Shown in pieces: positions 10,915-20,571 of a DNA stretch of 64,000 nucleotides; positions within the stretch are counted from its first letter, which is position 1, and every line of letters starts with the position of its first letter. The position numbers and the translations under genes are program-made. The stretch comes from Candidatus Limnocylindria bacterium (GTDB lineage Bacteria; Chloroflexota; Limnocylindria; P2-11E): positions 21,439 to 85,438 of the forward strand of contig DASYUC010000003.1 in the NCBI GenBank assembly GCA_036001645.1, read 5' to 3'. The notes beneath the pieces were generated by a model. It was given only the letters and a program-made list of their open reading frames with translations, had not been told where the DNA came from and made no database searches.

Positions 10915-12294
10915 TCAGCGGGCGCGCCGCCGCTGATGCGCGACGAACTCGAGCAGGTCCGCCTTGGTGATGATCGAAACGGGACGGTCGTCGGACGCTG
11001 CGAGCAGCGCCGGGACGCCGGAGGAGAGCTCGGCGTAGAGGCGCTCGATGTCCTCGTTCGCCTGCACCACCGGGAACGGCGCCTCCATGACGCGCTCGAC
11101 GCGCTCGTCGACGAGCGCGGGCTCGCGGAAGACGCGGTCGAGCATCGTGGTCTCCTGGACGCTGCCGACGATGTCCGTGACGAAGGTGGCCTCGCCGTCG
11201 CCGACGACGGGGATCTGCGAGATGCCGTAGCGCTGCATCGTGTCGATGGCCGAGCGCACGCTCTGCTCCTTGGACACGACGATGAGGCCGGGCGTGCCCA
11301 TGCGGTCGCGCACCACATCGAGCACCGTCGCGTGCACCGGGTAGCGTTCGAGGTAGCCGTTCTGCCGCATCCATTCGTCGTTGTAGATCTTCGAGAGGTA
11401 CGAGCGGCCCGAGTCGGCGAAGAGCACCAGGATGAGCGCGCTCTCGTCCAGCTCCTTGGCGACCTCGAGCGCCGCGAACATCGCGGTGCCCGATGAGCCA
11501 CCGACGAGGATGCCCTCCTCGCGCGTGAGGCGGCGTGCCGTGAGGAATGAATCGCGGTCGGACACGCGCATCCACCGATCGACGAGCTTGGGATCGAACG
11601 TGCCGGGGTAGAAGTCCTCGCCGATGCCCTCGACCTTGTACGGATGGATGTCTCCGGTGTAGAGGGACCCCTGTGGATCGGCGCCGATGATCTGAATGGA
11701 CGCGTTCCGCTCCTTCAGGTAGCGGCCCGCGCCCGTCACCGTGCCGCCGGTGCCGATGCCGAGCACCAGGTGCGTCACCTTCCCATCGGTCTGCTCCCAG
11801 ATCTCCGGGCCGGTCGTGTTGTAGTGCGCCTCGGGATTCATCGGGTTGTAGTACTGATTCGGCAGAAAGCCGCCAGGTGCTTCTTTCGCGAGCCGCTCCG
11901 CAACCTTGTAATAGGACTCCGGCGAGTCGGGCGGCACGGCGGTGGGACAGATGACGACCTCCGCGCCGAACGCGCGCAGCAGGTCGCGCTTCTCCTGGCT
12001 CTGCTTGTCGGCCATCGTGCAGATGACGCGGTACCCCTTGATCGCCGCGGCCATCGCGAGGCCAACGCCGGTGTTTCCGCTGGTCGGCTCGACGATCGTC
12101 CCACCCGGCTTGAGCAGACCGCGCCGCTCGGCGTCCTCGATCATGCGCAGGCCGATGCGGTCCTTGATCGAGCCACCGGGATTCAGGTGCTCGAGCTTGC
12201 CGACGAGCGTTGGCTTCAGACCTCGCCCGATGCGCGAGAGTCGGACCAGCGGTGTGTTCCCGACGAGCGCAAGGATGTCCGACGCGAGTTCCAC
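10915..12294 (-). CDS. cbs: cystathionine beta-synthase (PLP domain plus tandem CBS domains)
   Basis: Near-colinear with mycobacterial Cbs: LVGNTPLVRL, NPGGSIKDRI, PTSGNTGVGLA, GIGTGGTVTGAGRYLKE, C-terminal CBS pair. Start set to GTG at 12294 (M-ELASDILALVGNTPLV); the listed 605-aa ORF is an upstream extension overlapping the divergent gene. Confidence 0.9.
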   Translation of the reverse strand: MELASDILALVGNTPLVRLSRIGRGLKPTLVGKLEHLNPGGSIKDRIGLRMIEDAERRGLLKPGGTIVEPTSGNTGVGLAMAAAIKGYRVICTMADKQSQEKRDLLRAFGAEVVICPTAVPPDSPESYYKVAERLAKEAPGGFLPNQYYNPMNPEAHYNTTGPEIWEQTDGKVTHLVLGIGTGGTVTGAGRYLKERNASIQIIGADPQGSLYTGDIHPYKVEGIGEDFYPGTFDPKLVDRWMRVSDRDSFLTARRLTREEGILVGGSSGTAMFAALEVAKELDESALILVLFADSGRSYLSKIYNDEWMRQNGYLERYPVHATVLDVVRDRMGTPGLIVVSKEQSVRSAIDTMQRYGISQIPVVGDGEATFVTDIVGSVQETTMLDRVFREPALVDERVERVMEAPFPVVQANEDIERLYAELSSGVPALLAASDDRPVSIITKADLLEFVAHQRRRAR

Positions 12295-12351
12295 TGCGCG
12301 TGATGTTAGGTCGTATCCCCAGCGGGTCGGTCTGAGGTAAGGTCGTTCGGT

Positions 12352-12819
12352 ATGGCGCCGGTCGTGACCGAGGACACCCTGACCCGCGAGCTCGTCGTGC
12401 GTGTCCCGCCGGAGCAAGCGTTCGCGGGTTTCGTGAATCTCGGGCGGTGGTGGCCGCGTGAGTACACGTGGTCGCTGGATGTCCTCCAGAGCATCGGCAT
12501 CGAGCCGCGGCTCGGCGGCGCGTGCTTCGAGCGCGGGCCGAACGGATTCGAATGCGACTGGGGGCGCGTCCTCCTGTGGGACCCGCCGCGCCGGATCGTG
12601 TTCAGCTGGCAGATCGCGTTCGACCGCACGCCGGAGCCGAACCCCGCCAAGGCGAGCGAGGTCGAGGTGCGCTTCAGCGAAGACGGACTCGGGACGCGCG
12701 TGGCGCTCGAGCATCGCGCGTTCTCTCGCCACGGTGAAAGGGCCGCGGCCTACCGTGCCGGCATGGCCTCACCCAGTGGCTGGCCGATGATGCTGGAGCG
12801 CTTCGCCCGGTCGATCTAG
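12352..12819 (+). CDS. SRPBCC-superfamily protein (AHSA1/polyketide-cyclase-like)
   Basis: 155 aa, pattern VRVPPEQAF..F.NLGRWWP...W typical of the Aha1/SRPBCC domain. Confidence 0.7.
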   Translation: MAPVVTEDTLTRELVVRVPPEQAFAGFVNLGRWWPREYTWSLDVLQSIGIEPRLGGACFERGPNGFECDWGRVLLWDPPRRIVFSWQIAFDRTPEPNPAKASEVEVRFSEDGLGTRVALEHRAFSRHGERAAAYRAGMASPSGWPMMLERFARSI

Positions 12820-12829
12820 CGGGCCGAAC

Positions 12830-13330
12830 CTAGCGCTCGAGCAGCATGTATGCACCGACCGCGATCAGCACGATCGGAACGAAGAACGGCTGCAGCTCAT
12901 CGGGTAGGTGCAGGCCGACCACCTCCGCGATCGCGACGAGCGCCAGAAGCCCGGCCGGGATGAGCAGCCCGCGATGGTCGGTGTACAGCATGAACGCGAT
13001 CGCGAGCCCGACCGCGAGCGAGCCGAGGAAGATCGGCGCCGCGGCGTCCGCCGGCAGCGGCAGCCAGGTCGGGATCACCAGCCCCAGACCGAAGCCAACG
13101 AGCACCGCGGCGGGGACGATGTAGACGTACTGACGCGTGCCCACGTACCACGCGGCAAGGAAGGCGACGCCAAGCGCGAGGATCAGATACGCCCCCGCGT
13201 TCGAGAAGCTGAGGTTGAAGTACGGCGCGAGCGCCTGGAGGAGGAACGGCGCGCCGACGGCGACGAGGATCGCGCCGCCGAGGATGCCGCGCCGTACCCC
13301 CATGGGTCGCGATGTCGCGCGCACGCTCAC
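12830..13330 (-). CDS. hypothetical integral membrane protein
   Basis: 166 aa, four to five hydrophobic helices, good composition. Confidence 0.5.
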   Translation of the reverse strand: MSVRATSRPMGVRRGILGGAILVAVGAPFLLQALAPYFNLSFSNAGAYLILALGVAFLAAWYVGTRQYVYIVPAAVLVGFGLGLVIPTWLPLPADAAAPIFLGSLAVGLAIAFMLYTDHRGLLIPAGLLALVAIAEVVGLHLPDELQPFFVPIVLIAVGAYMLLER

Positions 13331-13339
13331 GTCCTTCCC

Positions 13340-14557
13340 CTAGGCGTCGGGCAGCGCACCCGCGTCCAACCGCCGCGCGGCCTCGCCCTGCAACGACTCC
13401 GCGTACTTTAGCCCGCTGCCGGTGTTGAAGACGACGACGCTCTCGTCGTCGTGGATCCAGCCGTCGCGTCGCAGCTTCGCCGCGGCGGCGATCGCGGCCG
13501 CGCCCTCCGGGCACACGAGCATCCCCTCCATCGCGCCCACGAGGCGCATCATGTCGCGCATCTCGTCCTCGGTGATGGCGAGCGCGATCCCCGCGCTCTC
13601 GCGCAGCGCGCGCAGGACGAGGAAGTCGCCGAGCGCCTTGGGCACGCGGAGGCCAGCGGCGAAGGTCTCTGGATCCGGCCACGGCTCCGATTCGCTCGCT
13701 CCGCTCTCGAAAGCGCGCACGATCGGCGCGCAGCCGGCCGCCTGCGCCGCGACGAAGCGCGGCATGTCGTCGCGCGCGATCCAGCCGATATCGCGCAGCT
13801 CCGCGAACCCCTTCCACATCCCGATGAGGCCCACACCGCCGCCGGTCGGGTAGACGATGACGTCGGGCAGCTTCCAGTCGAGCTGTTCGGCGAGCTCGAA
13901 GCCCATCGTCTTCTTGCCTTCGATGCGGTACGGCTCCTTCAGCGTGGACGCGTCGTACCACCCGCGCTCGGTGCAGGCGCGCTTCACGACCGCGCCGGCG
14001 TCCGCGATCGAACCCGGCACCAGGTAGACCTCCGCGCCGTACGACGACGTCTCGCGCACGATCGTCTGCGGCGTCGTGTCGGGCATGACGACGACCACGC
14101 GGATGCCCGCGCGCGCCCCGTACGCCGCCCAGGCGGCGCCGGCGTTGCCCGCGGTCGGGAGGGCGATCGTGCCCACCCCGAGCTCGAGCGCGCGCGTGAC
14201 GCCGACCGCGGCGCCGCGCGCCTTGAACGTCCCGGTCGGCAACAGGCCCTCGTCCTTCACGCGCAGGCCGGGGATGTCGAGCTCCTCGCCAATGCGCCGC
14301 GCGTCGAGGAGCGGCGTGTTCGGCTCGCCGAGGGTCACGACGCGCTCGGGATCCTCCATGGGCAGGAGCTCGCGGTAGCGCCAGAGGGTCGCGGGACGCC
14401 GCGCGAGCACCTCGCGCTGCATCGCCTCGTGGACCTTCTCGAGGTCGTAGCGGACGAGCAGCGGGCCACCGTCGTTGACGCAGGTCTGCTGCAGCGTGTC
14501 GATCTGGAAGTCCTCGCCGCCGCGCGAGCACTCGAGGTGCGTCGCGAAGGACGTCAC
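13340..14557 (-). CDS. thrC: threonine synthase
   Basis: PLP lysine motif GTFKARGAAVG, full-length similarity to short-form ThrC. Confidence 0.9.
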   Translation of the reverse strand: MTSFATHLECSRGGEDFQIDTLQQTCVNDGGPLLVRYDLEKVHEAMQREVLARRPATLWRYRELLPMEDPERVVTLGEPNTPLLDARRIGEELDIPGLRVKDEGLLPTGTFKARGAAVGVTRALELGVGTIALPTAGNAGAAWAAYGARAGIRVVVVMPDTTPQTIVRETSSYGAEVYLVPGSIADAGAVVKRACTERGWYDASTLKEPYRIEGKKTMGFELAEQLDWKLPDVIVYPTGGGVGLIGMWKGFAELRDIGWIARDDMPRFVAAQAAGCAPIVRAFESGASESEPWPDPETFAAGLRVPKALGDFLVLRALRESAGIALAITEDEMRDMMRLVGAMEGMLVCPEGAAAIAAAAKLRRDGWIHDDESVVVFNTGSGLKYAESLQGEAARRLDAGALPDA

Positions 14558-15831
14558 GCCGCGCGTTCGATCTTCGCGCCGAGCGCCCGAAGACGCGTGT
14601 CGAGGTCCTCGTAGCCGCGGTCGATCTGGTCGACGTTGCTGATGACGCTCTTGCCCTTCGCGCAGAGCGTCGCGGCGAGGAGGGCCATGCCCGCACGGAT
14701 GTCGGGGCTCCGCAGGTCGGTGCCGTACAGCTGCGAGGGCCCGACGACGACCACGCGGTGCGGATCACACAGCACGAGGCGCGCGCCCATGCTCTCGAGC
14801 GAGCCGACCCAGTACATGCGTGCGGGGAACATCCACTCGTGGATGAGCACCGTGCCTTCCGCCTGCGTCGCAAGTGCGGTGGCGATGCTCGTGAGGTCGG
14901 TCGGGAAGCCCGGCCAGATCTGCGACTTGATCGTCGGGATCGCGCCCCCGATGTCATCTTCGATGACGTAGTGGTCCCTCGCCTTCACGACGAGGTCGTC
15001 GCCGACCACCTCGGTCTCGACGCCCAGGCGCTTGAACACCATCCGCGTCATCCGCAGGTACTGCGGCACGGCGTTCTTGATCGTGGCTTCGCCGTGCGTC
15101 ATGGCGATCGCGCCGATGAGCGACCCGACCTCCATGTGATCGCTGAGGATCGTGTGATCGATGCCGCGCAGCCGCTCGACGCCCTCGATCGTGACCGTGT
15201 TGGTGCCGATCCCCTCGATGCGGGCGCCCATCCGCACGAGCGCCCGCGAGAGCTGCTGCACATGCGGCTCGCTCGCGGCGTTGTGCAGCACCGTCGTCCC
15301 CTTCGCGAGCACGGCGGCCAGCAGCGCGTTCTCCGTTGCGGTGACCGAGGCCTCATCGAGGATCACGTCCGCCCCACGCAGGCCGGATGTGCGCAGCGCG
15401 TAGCCGTCGCGCTCGACGTCGAGCTCCGCGCCGAGCGCGCGGAGCGCGAGGAAGTGCGTGTCGGTGCGACGCCGGCCGATGACATCGCCGCCGGGCAGGC
15501 CGAGCTTCACCTCCTTGTGGCGCGCGAGCAACGGACCGGCGAAGAGGAGCGAGGTCCGGATCTCGCCGGCGAGCGCCGCGGGTACCTCGGTCGACCGGAT
15601 CGTTCCGGTGATGCGGACGCTGCGCGCATCGACCTCGTCCACCGTCGCGCCGAGCGCGCTCGCGATCTCGAGCATTCCGCGCACGTCGCGGATGCGCGGC
15701 ACGTTGTGGAGCGTGACCGGCTCGTCGGTGAGCAGGGCCGCCGCGATGAGCGGCAGCACCTCGTTCTTGTTGCCCGCCGGACGGATCTCTCCGCGCAGCG
15801 GGGTACCGCCCTCGACGATGAAGCGTGCCAT
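14554..15831 (-). CDS. murA: UDP-N-acetylglucosamine 1-carboxyvinyltransferase
   Basis: MARFIVEGGTPLRGEIRPAGNKNEVLPLIAAALLTDEPV...; 4-nt overlap with thrC. Confidence 0.9.
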   Translation of the reverse strand: MARFIVEGGTPLRGEIRPAGNKNEVLPLIAAALLTDEPVTLHNVPRIRDVRGMLEIASALGATVDEVDARSVRITGTIRSTEVPAALAGEIRTSLLFAGPLLARHKEVKLGLPGGDVIGRRRTDTHFLALRALGAELDVERDGYALRTSGLRGADVILDEASVTATENALLAAVLAKGTTVLHNAASEPHVQQLSRALVRMGARIEGIGTNTVTIEGVERLRGIDHTILSDHMEVGSLIGAIAMTHGEATIKNAVPQYLRMTRMVFKRLGVETEVVGDDLVVKARDHYVIEDDIGGAIPTIKSQIWPGFPTDLTSIATALATQAEGTVLIHEWMFPARMYWVGSLESMGARLVLCDPHRVVVVGPSQLYGTDLRSPDIRAGMALLAATLCAKGKSVISNVDQIDRGYEDLDTRLRALGAKIERAA

Positions 15832-15838
15832 CGGCGGC

Positions 15839-17386
15839 CTAGCCTAGCCCGATGGCGACGGCGGGCTTGAGCTGATCGACGCCGCCGCGCAGCTCGCCCG
15901 TCTTCGGGTCGATGAGGATCGCGTTCGGGCGCGCGAACCAGGCGGACATGAGCGTCTCTTCTTTCACGTCGATCTGATGCCCGAGCGCCGCGAGGCCGGC
16001 ACGCACGTCTTCCGGGATCCGCGAATCCACCAGCAGCCCCTCGCCCTCGTCGTGCACGCGCGGACGGTTCACCGCGTCCTGCGGTCCGTCGCCGAAGTCG
16101 ACGACATTGACGATCGCCTGCGTGACCGCGCTCATGATCTTGCGGCCGCCGGGCGCGCCGACCGCCAGCAGCGGCGCGTCGCCGCGAACGATGAGCGTCG
16201 GCGCACCCGCCCACAGCACGCGCTTCCCCGGTGCGATCGAGTTGGGATTTCCCGGCACCGGGTCGAACCAGGTCATGCCGTCGACCATGACGATCCCGGT
16301 CCCCTTCGGCACGAATCCGGATCCAAATCCCTGCCCGAGCGTCTGCGTGAGCGCGACCATCGTGTGTTCCTTGTCGATCGCGTTGAGGTGCGTCGTGTGA
16401 TCCGCGAGCTGCGAGAAGCGATAGAGGAACGCCGCGCGTAGCGCCTCGGCGACCAGATGCAGGTGATCGACGCCGCCACGCTCCTTCGCGCCGAGGGGGA
16501 ACGCGTCCAGCACGGTGAGAGCGCGCGCGACCGTTGCCCCGCCCGACAGGCCGTCGAGCGTGATCACGCGATGCCCGCGGTACATCGTCTGGAGCGGCGT
16601 CCCGACGCGCGCCTCGTACTTCGCGAGATCTTCCGCGGCGAGCGCACCGCCGTTGGCACGGACATCGGCCACGATCGTGCGAGCGATCTCGCCGCGATAG
16701 AGCACCTCGGGACCGTCGCGCGCGATGACTTCGAGCGTCCGCGAGAGATCCGTCTGAACGACGCGGTCCGAAGGCTCGGTGCCGATCGGTGGACGGAGCG
16801 GCGCGCCGCTGGGGCGGAAGAAGATGCGGCGCGCGTCGCCGGCCTTCCACAGGCGCTCGGCGTACATCGCGAACGCCAGCGCGACGTACCAGTCGATCTC
16901 GAAGCCGTCTCGCGCGAGCCTGATCGCCGGCTCCATCACACGAGCGCGCGGCAGCGAGCCGTATCGCTCGAGTGCGAGGCACAGGGCCGCGGCCTGGCCC
17001 GGGACGGTCACCGACGTCGCCCCCTCGAAGTTCGCACCGTTCTTCACGGCGGGCCACATGTACATGCCCGCACGCGCACCGCCACCGACGAGCTCGAACA
17101 TGTCGGCACGCGCACCGAGCGGCGCGCACGTGCCGCCCTCCACGGACACGACGGTCCCGTCGGCGCGGCGTATGACGAGACCGGCGATCCCGCCGATGCC
17201 GCTGGTGAACGGTTCGACGACGCCCATCACGAACGCCGCGGCGACCGCGGCGTCGACGGCATTCCCGCCCTCGCGCAGCATCTCGACACCTGCATCTGCC
17301 GCGAGGTGATGCTCCGCCGTGACCATGCCGCCGCGAGCGACGGGCTCGCTCTTGTAGTGATGCCACTGGCTGCGGACGTCGGTCAT
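15839..17386 (-). CDS. ggt: gamma-glutamyltransferase
   Basis: GGT family including nucleophile region TQTLGQGFGSG; start trimmed to ATG at 17386 (MTDVRSQ...), which overlaps the upstream stop by 1 nt (TGATGA); the listed 785-aa ORF has an Arg-rich artefactual extension. Confidence 0.85.
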   Translation of the reverse strand: MTDVRSQWHHYKSEPVARGGMVTAEHHLAADAGVEMLREGGNAVDAAVAAAFVMGVVEPFTSGIGGIAGLVIRRADGTVVSVEGGTCAPLGARADMFELVGGGARAGMYMWPAVKNGANFEGATSVTVPGQAAALCLALERYGSLPRARVMEPAIRLARDGFEIDWYVALAFAMYAERLWKAGDARRIFFRPSGAPLRPPIGTEPSDRVVQTDLSRTLEVIARDGPEVLYRGEIARTIVADVRANGGALAAEDLAKYEARVGTPLQTMYRGHRVITLDGLSGGATVARALTVLDAFPLGAKERGGVDHLHLVAEALRAAFLYRFSQLADHTTHLNAIDKEHTMVALTQTLGQGFGSGFVPKGTGIVMVDGMTWFDPVPGNPNSIAPGKRVLWAGAPTLIVRGDAPLLAVGAPGGRKIMSAVTQAIVNVVDFGDGPQDAVNRPRVHDEGEGLLVDSRIPEDVRAGLAALGHQIDVKEETLMSAWFARPNAILIDPKTGELRGGVDQLKPAVAIGLG

Positions 17387-18072
17387 CAAGCGATCGTCTT
17401 GACCACCCACTCCTGCAGCGGACGCATCGCGCGGAAATGCGATGCGATGAAGGCCGGGAAGCGCGGGGTGTACGCCTCGGGCGGGATGGGCCGCTCGAAG
17501 CCGGCGAAGAGCCCGTCGTGTTTCAGGAGCTCGGCGCGCGGATGATCCGCCGGGTAACCGCGCGGCACGCGTGCGTAGCGCGTGCCCCAGACCTCGTATC
17601 CCTTCGCGCGGAGCTGCTTGACGATGCGCTCGAGCGCGCCGCCGCGCGTGGGGTCCGCGACGGCCGCGCGATAGCGCTCGAGCCGTTCGCCGGGCAGGTG
17701 GCGCGTGCCGGCGCCGAGCACGAGATTCTTCGGTGTGATCCGGAAGAAGTAGCCGGCGACGGCGGCGGTGCGGTCCTCCCCCTCCCAGAAGAAGAGGTCG
17801 AGGTGGTCCTTGTATGGGCGCTTGTCCTTCGCGAAGCGGATGTCGCGATTCACGCGCATCACCGAACCACCCCACCGAGCCTCGGCGTGCACGTCGGGCG
17901 AGATCTTGTGCAGCAGCGGCGCGAGCGCCTCGACCATCGTCATCGCCGGATGCACGAATGAGGCTTCGTACTCCGCGCGATGCGCCGCGAACCACTCGCG
18001 CCGGTTGTTCGCGGCCAGATCGGCGAGGAAACGGGGCGTGGTCCGCGGGAGGCCGCTGAAGGCGTTGGGCAT
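17386..18072 (-). CDS. DUF2461 (TIGR02453) family conserved protein
   Basis: FLADLAANNRREWF...SVMRVNRDIRFAKDKRPYKDHL signature. Confidence 0.7.
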   Translation of the reverse strand: MPNAFSGLPRTTPRFLADLAANNRREWFAAHRAEYEASFVHPAMTMVEALAPLLHKISPDVHAEARWGGSVMRVNRDIRFAKDKRPYKDHLDLFFWEGEDRTAAVAGYFFRITPKNLVLGAGTRHLPGERLERYRAAVADPTRGGALERIVKQLRAKGYEVWGTRYARVPRGYPADHPRAELLKHDGLFAGFERPIPPEAYTPRFPAFIASHFRAMRPLQEWVVKTIA

Positions 18073-18700
18073 GCGCGCCGATACTAAGCGTGTGCGCTAC
18101 GCAGCCATCGGCTTCGATCTCCTGACGGCGCTGCTCGATACGTGGTCGTTGTTCGCGGACGTCGCGGGTGGACGCGAGCTCGGCATGCGCTGGCACGCCG
18201 CGTCGCAGTCGTTGCTCCGCGGGAAGCCGTACCGCCCATTCGAGGACGTCGTACGCGATGCCGCCGGCGTCGTCGGCATCGAGAGGAGGAACGCTGACGA
18301 GCTGCTGAGGCGCTGGGCCGAGTCAGCGCCGTGGCCCGATGTGCCCGACGTCCTCCCGCATCTGAGTTCGTACACACGCTTCATCGTCACGAACTGCTCG
18401 GAACGCCTCGGGGCTCTGGCGGCGGCGCGCGCGGGGACGTTCGACCTCGTGATGACCGCGGAGCGCGCCGGCGCGTACAAGCCCGATCCACAGCCGTACC
18501 GCGCGGCGCTCGACGCCCTGGTGCTGCACCGCAAGCGGGTGCTGTTCGTCGCGGGTTCGGCGCACGACGTCGGCGGGGCGATGCGCTCGGGGATGGATGT
18601 CTACTGGGCGAACCGCGGACGCGTGCCCGCACCGACCGACGCGAAGGCGATCCGCGAGGAAGAGGATCTGCGCGGCCTCCTCGACGTGCTGGAGGGTTAG
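18071..18700 (+). CDS. HAD-superfamily hydrolase (haloacid dehalogenase-like)
   Basis: Motif I AIGFDLLTALLDTW at N-terminus after trimming to internal ATG 18071, and C-terminal HAD motifs; the listed longer ORF overlaps the divergent DUF2461 gene. Confidence 0.7.
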   Translation: MRADTKRVRYAAIGFDLLTALLDTWSLFADVAGGRELGMRWHAASQSLLRGKPYRPFEDVVRDAAGVVGIERRNADELLRRWAESAPWPDVPDVLPHLSSYTRFIVTNCSERLGALAAARAGTFDLVMTAERAGAYKPDPQPYRAALDALVLHRKRVLFVAGSAHDVGGAMRSGMDVYWANRGRVPAPTDAKAIREEEDLRGLLDVLEG

Positions 18701-18726
18701 CGATACCCATCGGCCGCGACGCCATC

Positions 18727-20535
18727 GTGCTGCGAGACGACGGTCTCCCGTGCGATCCGCACACGGATCTCGACTGGCTCGACTGGGTCGCGGCGGGCGA
18801 GACGCGCAACTGGTGCCGGAACGATGTGCTGCTCGACTGGCTCAACGAGTACCCGACGGTCCACGGCTTCGCCCGCGACGACGAGCTTCCTGGCTACGAC
18901 GAGACCTTCGATCTGGGGCGCTTCCTGATGCGGCAGGGACGCGCGTTCGAGAAGGCCGTCCTCGCCGATCTCGCGCAGCGCCATCAGCTCGTCCGCATCA
19001 CGCACCGACCCGATGAGGCACGGGCTCTTTCGGCCGCCACCGCGACGCAGGAGGCGATGCAAGCCGGCGTGCAGATCATCGCCGCCGGCGTGCTCCGCGA
19101 TCCGCAGCTGCGGATGTTCGGTGTCGTCGATCTGCTCGTGCGCTCCGACGTGCTCGGGCAGCTCTCTCCCAGCGCCTTCATCGGCGATCCGCTCGAGCTC
19201 GCGGCGATCGGCCTCTCGCACGGGCGGCACTACCGCGTCGTCGACGTGAAATACAAGACGCTCGAGCTCCTCCGGAACGGTGGTCTCTCGACGTCGCCGA
19301 GCGATCTCGACACGATCGCGCAGGCCTGGGTCTACAACGAGGCGCTCGGACGGATCCAGGGCTACACGCCGCCGGCGTCCTATGTCGCCGGCCGCGCGTG
19401 GAAGCAGGGCGAGGACCGGGGCGACCGCTGCTGGGAACGCCTCGCGCGGGTGCCGCACGACACCGTCGTGCGTGGCCGCGGCAGCGATCTGCGGGAGGTC
19501 GTGCAGCAGGCCGCGGCGTGGATCCGTCGCGTGCGGACCGAGGGCGCGGAGTGGCGCGTGCTCCCGCTGCCGTCGGTGCCCGAGCTGTGGCCGAACATGA
19601 AGGCGGACCAGGACGGGCCGTGGCACGATGCGAAGGCGAAGATCGCCGTCGCGCTCGCCGACCTCACGCTTCTTCCTCGCGTGAATACGACGCATCGGGC
19701 GCGCGCGCACGACGCAGGCGTGACGCGCTGGGACGATGCTCGCGTGTCGTCGCAGCTGCTCGGCGTGAGCAACGAGCGCGAGGCCGCGATCGTCGATGCG
19801 GTGCTGGCGGTGAACCGGCCGGGCGGCGAGACCGTCCGGCCGGAGCGGATGGTCGCGTCGACGCAGGTGTGGCGGCAGCGCGCGCCGGTCGAGATGTTCG
19901 TCGACTTCGAGTTCCTGCAGGATCTCAACGACGATTTCACGGCGTTCCCGCGCAAGGGCGGTCAGTCGCTGATCTTCCAGATCGGCTGCGGCACGTACCG
20001 GGGCGCCGTGTGGCGGTTCGAACAGTTCACCGTGGACGAGCTGTCACTGGAAGCGGAGGCGCGGATGATCGACGCCTGGCTCGCGAACCTGCACACCGTC
20101 GCCGCCGACGCCGGCTGCGACATCGGTGCCGCGCGACTCGTGCACTGGTCCCCGGCCGAGACGAGCAACTTCGAGCGCGCGTACGACAACGCGCGTGCGC
20201 GCCACCCCGATCGCGACTGGCCGGTCCTTTCCTGGTTCGACCTGCTGCACGAGGTCGTGCAGGCCGAGCCGCTCGTCGTGCGCGGCGCGTTCTCGTTCTC
20301 GCTGAAGCCGATCGCGCGGTCGCTGCATGCGCTCGGGCACATCGAGACCCTCTGGGGCGAGGGGCTCGCGGACGGCGCGGGCGCGATGGCCGGGGCATGG
20401 AACGCGGCGATCGAAGCGAAGCGCAAGGGCGTGACGCTCGGCGCGACCGAGGTCATGGGCGAGATCGCGCGCTACAACGAGGTCGACTGCCGCGTCATGG
20501 CGGAGATCCTCGATTACCTAAGACGGGAGCGATGA
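18727..20535 (+). CDS. TM0106-family predicted nuclease (RecB/Cas4-like N-domain plus RNase-H-like YprB-type C-domain)
   Basis: C-terminal MFVDFEF...IFQIGCG...YNEVDCRVMAEILDYL resembles RNase-H-fold exonuclease domains of the TM0106 family; start uncertain (first in-frame GTG after the upstream stop is 18727); N-terminal 130 aa of the listed ORF is Arg-rich artefact. Confidence 0.5.
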   Translation: MLRDDGLPCDPHTDLDWLDWVAAGETRNWCRNDVLLDWLNEYPTVHGFARDDELPGYDETFDLGRFLMRQGRAFEKAVLADLAQRHQLVRITHRPDEARALSAATATQEAMQAGVQIIAAGVLRDPQLRMFGVVDLLVRSDVLGQLSPSAFIGDPLELAAIGLSHGRHYRVVDVKYKTLELLRNGGLSTSPSDLDTIAQAWVYNEALGRIQGYTPPASYVAGRAWKQGEDRGDRCWERLARVPHDTVVRGRGSDLREVVQQAAAWIRRVRTEGAEWRVLPLPSVPELWPNMKADQDGPWHDAKAKIAVALADLTLLPRVNTTHRARAHDAGVTRWDDARVSSQLLGVSNEREAAIVDAVLAVNRPGGETVRPERMVASTQVWRQRAPVEMFVDFEFLQDLNDDFTAFPRKGGQSLIFQIGCGTYRGAVWRFEQFTVDELSLEAEARMIDAWLANLHTVAADAGCDIGAARLVHWSPAETSNFERAYDNARARHPDRDWPVLSWFDLLHEVVQAEPLVVRGAFSFSLKPIARSLHALGHIETLWGEGLADGAGAMAGAWNAAIEAKRKGVTLGATEVMGEIARYNEVDCRVMAEILDYLRRER

Positions 20536-20571
20536 AGGAGAGTGACCCAGCCCTGCTGAACGACTGAGCCT

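Noticed and set aside
12295-12732. N-terminal extension of the listed 605-aa CBS ORF
   Set aside because: Would overlap the divergent SRPBCC gene; Cbs homology begins at the GTG 12294 start.
12897-14957. 686-aa Arg/Ala-rich ORF on the minus strand overlapping thrC and murA
   Set aside because: Out-of-frame shadow ORF typical of 70% GC DNA, with extreme Arg/Pro/Gly content and no motifs. The real genes thrC and murA occupy the same strand in another frame.
15507-17366. 619-aa Arg-rich ORF overlapping murA/ggt
   Set aside because: Low-complexity RRRGRG composition, overlaps well-supported genes.
17386-18196. N-terminal 270-aa extension of the listed ggt ORF
   Set aside because: Arg-rich and overlaps the DUF2461 gene, which is in a different frame and carries family motifs. 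The GGT homology starts at MTDVRSQ (17386).
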